Shown here: one piece after another, positions 55,051 through 64,000 of the stretch
Numbering within the stretch: the stretch's first letter is position 1
Layout: each line of letters begins with the position of its first letter
Origin: Utricularia gibba
Taxonomy: Eukaryota; Plantae; Magnoliophyta
Reading direction: 5' to 3'
Length of the DNA: 64,000 nucleotides
NCBI GenBank assembly: GCA_002189035.1
Contig: CM007989.1
Location: 8,122,001-8,186,000 of the forward strand
Program-made: the position numbers and the translations under genes
The notes under the pieces: generated by a model
Database searches by the model: none
Told to the model about the DNA's origin: nothing
What the model saw: the letters and a program-made list of their open reading frames with translations, nothing else

Positions 55051-57782
55051 ATGGCGGTGACGGTCTCAGCTTCGCATTTTGTGTCTCGTATGAGCGACGG
55101 AGCGGCTTCAGTGGATTCCAGGAGACGCTTCGGTCGCGGGGATCACGTATTGACGACCCATAGTGGATTGAAGTCAGTAAAGAAAGTCGATGAGATCCGA
55201 GGGAAACGCGGTGTTAGATTGATTTCGAGGCAGTGCCATAAAAGTGTTGAAAAATCTAAGAGCTTCGCTCCAGGGAGGATCGTTTGTGGCACAGGGATGA
55301 ATTTGGTTTTTGTTTCGGCTGAGGTAGGCCCTTGGAGCAAAACTGGTGGGCTTGGAGACGTACTTGGGGGGTTGCCTGCGGCTTTGGCAGTAAGCTTATC
55401 TCTTTTCCTTATGATAGTCGTGCATCACGGTGTATTCTAACACCATTTTCTCTACCTGTGCTTGTATTTTCCAGGAAAATGGTCACCGAGTGATGACAGT
55501 TTCTCCGCGTTACGATCAGTACAATGATGCATGGGATACGAGTGTTCTTGTGCAGGTTTTTTATTTTGTTGCCAAAGTTCTACATTGTCTTTCGCAATTC
55601 AGTTTGAGTAATGGTCTGCTTCTGTGACAGGTAAAGGTAGGAGACCATACAGAGATAGTGAGGATTTTCCACTGCTACAAGCGTGGAGTTGATCGTGTTT
55701 TTATTGATCATCCATTGTTTCTGGAGAGGGTTTGGGGGAAAACTAAATCCAAGGTATACGGCCCTAAGGCTGGGGAAGATTATCAGGATAACCAGTTAAG
55801 GTTCAGCATGTTATGCCAGGTAAGATTTGCAATACATAAACCTTTTACCATGTTGTTTTGTGTATTAATATCGAGCTTTTGTGTAGGCTGCATTGGAGGC
55901 TCCTCGTGTTTTGGATCTCAAGTGTAACAGAGACTTTACTGGACCATATGGTTGGTATCTGCGCTGTTTGATTAGGTAGAAGATTTGTATGTGGTTCCGT
56001 GTACATGATGTTTATCTTATTGATCAGGTGAGGATGTCATATTCGTTGCTAATGACTGGCATACTGCTTTGCTTCCTTGCTATGTAAAAACTATGTACCA
56101 GTCACGAGGAATGTACATGAATGCCAAGGTGAGAAAATGATCAAAGCGATGCGGTAGAGGAGAATTTGTTCTGTGGTTCTCATGTTTGGAACTGGATGTT
56201 TTCAGGTGGCTTTTTGCATCCACAATATCTCCTACCAGGGAAGATTCAAGTTTTCTGACTTCTCTCTTCTGAACCTACCGGACAAATACAAGAGTTCTTT
56301 TGACTTCATGGATGGGTATGTATTTCTCTGTGTGAAGGAAGAGATGAGATATCATGACCTGTTTTCATTTATTTTTTTTCGTGCAAGAAGCACACATCTA
56401 CATTTTCTAGGCATTCTTTTGGAAAGAGAGATCTTACTGTTTAAGCTCTAAACAGGAAATCAGAGCCTGTAGTCGGAAGGAAGATCAATTGGATGAAGGC
56501 TGGGATTCTGGAATCGGACAGAGTTGTTACGGTGAGCCCCTTTTATGCAAAGGAACTGGTCTCAGGAGTGGATAAGGGAGTTGAGTTGGATAGCTTCATT
56601 CGGCAATGTGGAATTACGGGCATCGTCAATGGAATGGACACCAAAGAATGGAACCCATCAACTGATAAATATGTCAATCCAAAATATGATGTTACCACGG
56701 TAAACTACTTATTTTCTAGGCCTAGAAGATGGAAGTTGGTTCTCATTTTCCCTGTTCTCTTTCAGGTTACAGAAGCCAAGCCTTTGTTGAAGGAAGCTCT
56801 TCAAGCAGCATCCGGACTGACAGTAGACAGAAGCATTCCTCTGATAGGATTTATAGGCAGGCTCGAGGAACAGAAAGGCTCGGATATACTCGTGGCGGCC
56901 ATCAGCAAGTTCATTGAGATGGATGTTCAGATAATAGTTCTGGTGAGTAGTAGTACCTGCATCAAATTACTGATGTGGATGCGAAAATGTCAGAGGCACA
57001 AGTTGAAATCATACTTTGCTTCTACCAGGGAACTGGGAAGAAGAAATTTGAGCAGCAGATTGAAATGCTTGATATCCTGTATCCTGGTAAAGCCACAGGA
57101 GTGTCCAAGTTCGACGAGGTCTTGGCTCGTTCAATTGTGGCTGGAGCTGATTTCATGCTGATTCCCAGCCGGTTTGAACCATGCGGACTCATCCAACTGC
57201 ATGCCATGCGCTATGGGACAGTAAGAGCACTCACCCCACATTTTCATTAGAAGATGATTACAGCTCAAAACCGTTAAATGTTTCATGCTATCCACAGATT
57301 CCCATCGTGGCTTCCACTGGTGGCCTGGTCGACACCGTGAAAGAAGGGCACACCGGCTTCCACATGGGAGATTTCAATGTTGAGGTTATGCAACAGAGCT
57401 CCCCATATTCATCTCCCCGTTTTCCATTTTTCTAACTGGTGATTGTCTCAATATCAGTGTGCTGCCGTTGATCCCGAGGACGTGACTAAGATCGTGAACA
57501 CAGTCAACAGAGCTCTCAAGGCCTACGGAACTCCAACCATGAAGGAGATGATCACGAACTGCATGTCACTTGATCTCTCCTGGCAGGTAAAGAGCAACCA
57601 AGTACTCTCATCACTCGGGGCATTGGTTTCCCAATCTGCTTGATTCAGACTCCATGTTCTCAACACAACAGGGGCCGGCGAGGAAGTGGGAATCCATGCT
57701 GATGGGGATGTCAGTGGCCGCCGGAGAAGCCGACCAGGAGGAAGCCTCCACAGAGGAGGTGGAAGTAGCCACCACCCCCTAA
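55051..57782 (+). CDS. GBSS1: Granule-bound starch synthase I (waxy)
   Basis: Transit peptide ending [25 protein letters not shown] (KTGGL), [60 protein letters not shown]. Confidence 0.97.
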
Positions 57783-58899
57783 CTGCTACGTTAGACAGAC
57801 AGACAACTCTGTAGCAACCTTCTCATTCCTTCAGACTCATTCATGCATTCCTTGTTCTCGGTTTTTCTACTGACCCAAAAAGCAATATTGAAGTTTGATT
57901 GATTATTCCCATATAAAAGCCAGGTGGGGCAAGTGTTTCTTTACTTGGATTTTTCCTCAATCATGACAGCAGGTAAAAATGGACTTGTCCTTTTTTTGGT
58001 TTCAAAGCAGGGTGGCCCCTCCAGTCCCATCACTCCCCCCAGCGTCAATCAAAGATTCCCCTAATCAATCATCCATCATTTCCTCTTTCTTTCTTGGGAC
58101 AGTCCATCGGAGCAGACCCTTTACAGCAATTCAGTTGCCCGGAGAAACCCAGTTCACGGGTGCTGATCATCTTTCTTGGGTAGCCATGAAAGTGCGCGCC
58201 GGGGCCGTGGAGCAAAGATGGGAACACGAGAGCAGAACTGCTCCCTCCTCCTGTACTTTCCTTCCCACTCTCAGCTGCAGCCACACTGTGTTTCACAGTA
58301 TCGTTGTTTTCTTCCTATTGGTTCGATTCGTCTACCCGGGGTTCTTGAAACTGAAACCGAGGCGTCGCATGGATGCCGCCCTGGAATGGAAACCAGCAGC
58401 ATCACTCCTATTACATCCATGCAGTTCCCCGTTGTTTTCCTTTTGCCTGCCCCGTGCTCATGAGTTGACGGACTTTGGGAACCGCGGTGCTTTGTGGGTC
58501 ACTCAGAGAATCATCGATCATCTGGAGTTGGGCGCTTTGAAGAAGCGAAACCAGATTCGATCTTCATGGAGGCTGAAAGGGCTCGCCGGTGAGCCTGAAA
58601 GTGAACCCTTGCGGCACCACCACGAAGACGCGTAGAATAAAACCTTAGTCTGGTTTTGGAATTGAACAGAGATGTGTTGTAATTGGATGGGATTCGTTAA
58701 GGTATGAGGAGAGTGACGGACGCGGACACGGACACGGACACGACGCCCATGCGCATCTTTATTTCAAATCACCCTCCAAACCAGAAAACAGCAATAAATT
58801 CATGACAACTGCGCAGCAACGAACCGGCGCCGCACTTCACATTCACACATTTCCTTCCTTCCTCTGATTCGCCTGCTTTCTGATCTCCCTGAGTCAGCG

Positions 58900-59561
58900 A
58901 TGGGCAACTGCTGCGTCGGAGATGCCCGAGATCGGACCGTCGTCCGTGTCGCCACACCGCACGGCGGAGTCATGGAATTCCGTCCACCCGTCACCGCCGA
59001 GTCCATCGCTGATGAGTTTCCGGGGCACGGGATTTTCCGCTCCCACGATCTGTTCCGGAAGGCGCTCCCTCACAAGGAAATTCTCGTCCCGGGGAGCTCT
59101 ACCACCTGTTACCCCTCCGGGGTAAACATGGTTTTCTTTCTTGTGCCGGTATTACTTTGTGCTTGAAGTACGTATGTAAATCGGAATCTTTTTCAGGGGA
59201 GCAAGATCAGCCGAAGGGGGTCCCGGGAACCGCCGGGCATGTACGGTCGAGGAGTGAACCGCCGCAGATGTCGCAATACAGGATGTCGTTCCACAGCCGT
59301 GGGATGGCCAAGAGATCACCGGAGCAGGCGACGGATCCGAGATCGGGTAGCGGTTTCTGGCAGGTGAAACTGGTGATTTGCCCGGAGCAGCTGCTTGAGA
59401 TTCTGTCGGAGGATGGGAAGACGGAGACGCTCATCGAGAGTGTGAGGACGGTGGCCAAGTGCGGGAGTGGATCGGCGACACCTGCTGTGTCCGACCAGTG
59501 GACACTTTCCGGGAGCAAAAACGCGGCGGCGTCCACTAAATCCGATCTCTCACCGTCGTAA
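58900..59561 (+). CDS. DUF4228 (PADRE) domain protein, two exons; 1-nt gap at 59091-59094
   Basis: MGNC myristoylation-type start, VVRVATPHGGVMEFRPPVTAESIADEFPGHGIF; corrected LVPGELYHLLPL; C-terminal WQVKLVICPEQLLEILSEDGKTETLIESVRTVAKCG. Confidence 0.88.
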
Positions 59562-60023
59562 CTTTTATTATCATTTTCGGCATCTTTAGTTCTATTAAAC
59601 GGTCCCTTTCACATAAATCTCCATACCTCTTTCACTTTATTTTTTTTTATCTCAATTTAAATTTACAAATATCTAAATAATTATTTTTAGAGAATTAAAA
59701 ATGTAAATTTAAGGAAAAATTATGCAAAATAAAAATGATTTTACGTATTTAAAAAAAATCATGTTTTTAAATTATACTAAGAAAATATACCAAAAAAATA
59801 AAAATAAAAAGAAGCTAAAACCCTACACTTATATACATATAGAATTAACGTTATCATTATTTTAAAATAATTAGAATATTATTAAAATAATAAAATTATT
59901 TTATAATTTTATAAATATTAAGGATAAATTATATCTCTCATTTAAAAACGATATTCTCATGATGATATACATGCAAAGAAGCTTCACCATCAAAGTGACA
60001 TATCTTTAGGCGGTTTGAGGGGC

Positions 60024-62336
60024 TCACGGCACGCTCTTTGCTACTGTTCCTCTGCAGTTGTCTTTGGGCCTGGTGTGCGGCAGGTACATCAGGGGGCTGC
60101 TTGGATCGCGTTGGTGGAACCTGCGCAGTGGGTGCAGGCAGAGTTCAGTAGAGAAGGAAGAACAGGGGGACTGTGTGTGCGACTGAGGCGAAGAGCTCAC
60201 TGGTAGTTGAGGAGAAAACGGTGGAGGAAGATGGAGATCTCGATCTTGGCAAGATCATTTCCGGGGCAGAGTCTGCTTCCGGCACCGAACGGAAGAAATT
60301 GTCCGGCTCTAGGTGTGAAGCCCTGCAGATTCCAGAGCTATGAGCTCCCCCATGGAAATGGACATGAAGTGGAAGAATGGTACTTTCAGAACTCACATCC
60401 CATCTCGAAGGATCGAATGTCTTTGGCTCCGGGTATGTTTCAGGATCCAAGTGGACACCTCTGAACCAGACCAAAACCTTCCACCCTCTGGGAATTGTGT
60501 AACCTGATGAAACAAAAGAAGCAACCAGAAATGGGGTCACCATCTTCTAGGCTGCTGCTGCTGCTGTGTGTGCTTTTGAACATACCGCAGACATGAACAT
60601 CTTTCTTGGTCTCTCGAAAGACCATCGATGAGAATGTAATGATACGCATTGTTTCATCGATTACCTGTCGAGCCGGAGAAGTTGAGTGTGAAGCAGTGGA
60701 AAAGAAAGTATGTAGTTTGGCTTACCTTGGAGAGATACTCCATTTGGCGTATTTCTTTCAGTGTGAGCTCTTTCTGATCAGGAGGCATGTTCTTTGCAAT
60801 CTCCTCTTGCTCCGCCTGAAAGGATCATGTAAGCACAGCCTCAAAAGCAAACAGGGAAGGAAGAGAGAAACAGTTCAATACGCAGAACCTTGGCCCTTCT
60901 GAAAACATCTGGATGATTCTGCAAGAAAATGGTAGCCCACATGGTGATATGGCCAGAGGATTCATGCCCCGCGTTCAAGTACATCACCAAGGTATCAATT
61001 ATCTCTTCATCGCTGAGTTTCCTACCATTCTCGTCCTGGGCATCAATAAGAGCATCCATCATGTCTCTTTTCACCTCAGGGGAACCCCTTCCTCCCCTAT
61101 GCTCCCTTCGATCATGTAACACGCGCTGGAGTGAAGCGACGAGGTTCTTTCGCGCCTGAAAATCAGAAAAAAGATCAGGAAAGGCACCAACTTCACAGAG
61201 CAAGCACACATCTCCTTGATATGGCATTGTGTGTTTTTGCACCTTGAGTGCTGAGTGGTAGGCGAAACCGGGAATGTTGATGGCCATCGCACGGACGCCG
61301 TAATTCAGAGCTGTGTATTCCTTCTCCATGAATGTCAAAATGTGCTCACTCTCAGAGCTCAGGAAGATGTACATGATGATCCTGAATGTAAGCCTTCGAA
61401 GTTCAGTCAAGAACTCTATCTCTCCCATGCTTGTCCACTCTTCCAGAGCTTTAACCACCATGTCATCAATGTAGCTGATGTATTTTGATAAGGCTTCATG
61501 TCCATTTACAGGTGCTGCAGTCAATTTCCGCAGCCACCGGTGCTCTTCATCATATTTTCCGACAAACGAATCTTTGCCAATAAGATTCACTGTGGATTTC
61601 GGCCACCCCGGCTTGAAGGCATCGTCGTCGGTGAGCACTTTCCGGCATGCCTCCCAACTGGTGACGATTATGCTGGGACTGCCAAACATGTAAGCCTTAT
61701 ACAGCCCTGTGTTTCCAAACCTGAAGAATAAACAGAGAACAGAGCATCTTCCAGTCATTTGGAGGGCTGAAACCAGTACACTTAACCAGGAAAGTCCACA
61801 GACACAGAAGATGCCTAAGAAAAAAAGACGGCTTGAAAAGGCTGCTATAGTAACCGACTGAAGAAGGCGGCTGCTTTATCCTTATGATAACGATCAAAAG
61901 ATTTCAATAGCATAACACATATAGCATTCTGTGATCTTCTTCTTCTGAGCTAAAAATCCCATTTTAAGACGAAATATATATGAACATTCCCTCAAATCCT
62001 GCTGCATGTGGACAGAATTTGAACGATTTGCATGTACTAATGAACACAAAGTTCACAAAAAAGCTCATGGAGGATTTGTAGAATGAGAAGAGAAAGCGTG
62101 GTGATGAGGCACCTTTGAACAAAACTGGCAACGAAGGAATCAGGAGCACTGGATTTAAAAGCTTTGAGGAAGGACCACATGTTGCCAATGAAGGGCCAGC
62201 CAAGATCACCTGGTGGAAGATTGTACTTCTCTTTACCCAAATTCTTCTCATGATACCAGCAGTTGAAATTCTTTAGCGCCCACTTCAAAAACATCAAACA
62301 AACAACACCTCCCAAGACTAATCCCCACGACATCAT
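60024..62336 (-). CDS. KAO: ent-kaurenoic acid oxidase, CYP88A (gibberellin biosynthesis)
   Basis: [28 protein letters not shown] (I-helix), DETMR (ExxR), [20 protein letters not shown] (heme Cys), [12 protein letters not shown]. Confidence 0.96.
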
Positions 62337-63271
62337 GAACTGAAAATCCTATGCAGAGAACTCTTCTAAAGAGGGAGTGACTAAAAAGAGGAAACTAAAC
62401 ATGAATTCTCCATATGGGAATGGATAAAACTGTTGCCAGAGCATACAGGAAAAAGCATGGATTCGTTTGTCCTGTTCTATCAAGCAAATGACAGAGGTGA
62501 AGAGCATGAATGATGGTGGTGGCACACATTCTTTATTCATTTTCTATCGAGAAAGTGGATGCATGTTCTCAAGATATGCACATCAAAAATGGATATAAAC
62601 GACTAGGAGAAATGGACACGATTCTTTTCCCTGTCATTTCATCTTTATCTGATCGCTTCCTTCCATTTATATTTTTTTTGAAGAAGAAAATATGCATAAT
62701 TCCAATTCAATTATTCTTCTTCTTACTGTTAATGCCATCATGGCACCAGTATCACCACTCAGAATTCATCATCATGTCAGGCGCCTGGAAAGATTGTCCT
62801 CTGTCACCCTGTGAAGCTACCCGTCTGGAAAAACAAAAACACAAAGCAGTACATGAATAGGTAGGTTTGAGTGAGAATAGAGCATAATGGTCAATTCAAC
62901 ATACAGTGTGGTGATAGCAAAGTCAGTGCAGTCACTGTGAATCCAATTCTTCATGATGATTTCCTGTAACCATAGCAATCTGAACCCTTTAACCTCACTG
63001 CTTGTATTGGAATGCTTTTCTCGTGGAATCAGACTCATGTCTAGCAAGGGCCCCCCTTTTACGGAATGGGAGATTTTTCCCATTCTCACATGCATACAGC
63101 TAGTATCAGAAAATAATTCAGCATCTAAAAAAGAGTCCATTTCTATAACATGTATTCTGAATCTGTTTCATGTGCAGAAGATCGAAACTTTCCTTCTTAT
63201 TCAATATGCAGAGAAGAAAAGCAATAGTTTCCTTGGTACAAGAGTTACAGGTATTGCCTTAAGACATCTTC

Positions 63272-63562
63272 TTAAGCATCAAGTTGTGCAGGAAAGTGTG
63301 GCAGTGCATTCACCGCAGCTGACGGTGTATTCGAAATCGATATGAGCTTGTCCCTGTACAGTTCTTTTCCATCATGCACGAGAGGCTCATTAGCCTTGTT
63401 GAATTTTACGTTTTTGGGTGACACAGCAGCAGCAGCAGCAGGTACACCAATATTGGGTTCGAGATAAGATATTTCGATCAGGGCTTCACGAGTCACATCT
63501 TCCTCCCTAACCCCTTTTACAAGCTCGGTCTTGCCCTCGAACGGCCGGTTTTCGTCCTGCAT
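63272..63562 (-). CDS. Small conserved plant protein of unknown function, last coding exon; 5' part probably beyond the right edge
   Basis: VTREALIEISY and YRDKLISIS motifs resemble a recalled uncharacterised plant family. The ATG at 63562 overlaps a TGCAG acceptor, so the start is uncertain. Confidence 0.6.
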   Translation of the reverse strand: MQDENRPFEGKTELVKGVREEDVTREALIEISYLEPNIGVPAAAAAVSPKNVKFNKANEPLVHDGKELYRDKLISISNTPSAAVNALPHFPAQLDA

Positions 63563-64000
63563 CAAAATATGGAACAGAATTAGCACATATTGATGGAGAT
63601 TCAGAATCTGGAAAAGACAAATTCTACAAATCCACATGTTTCGATCAAAAAGCTAAGGTCAAAGCATCACTCAGGCGAGATCTGGCACGACTAAAAACGA
63701 CTAAATTCAAACCAACGCCTTCTTAAAACTCAAGTAACTTGTATCCGAAAACTTTCGTTGCAAACATGGGGGATTTCGTGGCTGGATCGTCACATATCTA
63801 GGCTCTCTATTTCATTTCAACGCAATGGAGTAAGCAAAGCCTAGGATCATCCCAACTACGGTCTCAAAAACAAATTTTGCGGGAAATTTGCGAGGTCGCA
63901 TACCCAGAAAATGAAAACCCTTTTCCGCAGGATCAACCAACGAGATTAGGAGCAAAGAATTAAGTCATCCGCACAAACGTATTCACAAGCTCGAAAGGCA

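Overview
Eukaryotic DNA from a gene-dense, photosynthetic eudicot. There are about 22 mostly short-intron protein genes in 64 kb and no recognisable retrotransposon, rRNA, tRNA or CRISPR array. Left to right: CNOT10 (cut by the left edge), RFS6/DIN10-type GH36 alpha-galactosidase/raffinose synthase, DAYSLEEPER-type domesticated hAT transposase, MIR396a, CIPK24/SOS2, DUF4050 protein, LRR-extensin, AGD14-like ArfGAP, MRS2 Mg transporter, Alba, heme oxygenase 1, PERK1-like kinase, LEA_2 protein, cytosolic aspartate aminotransferase, PsbX, NDR1/HIN1-like protein, phosphoglycerate-mutase-like protein, GBSSI, DUF4228 protein, ent-kaurenoic acid oxidase (CYP88A), and a small conserved unknown protein (cut by the right edge). 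Gene identities come from recalled family sequence similarity, not database searches. Eight frameshifts in five genes all lie in G/C homopolymers and are all repaired by adding one base, which points to long-read assembly error rather than pseudogenes. The best leads are candidate miPEP ORFs in pri-miR396a, a spliced 60-aa transit-peptide-like extension of RFS6 that contains its own TATA box (possible dual-TSS plastid/cytosol isoforms), a candidate 45-aa secreted peptide at 51.1 kb, an orphan promoter pointing toward MIR396a, and a possible vestigial peroxisomal extension on aspartate aminotransferase. I found no clearly new multi-gene system, and the leads are hypotheses.
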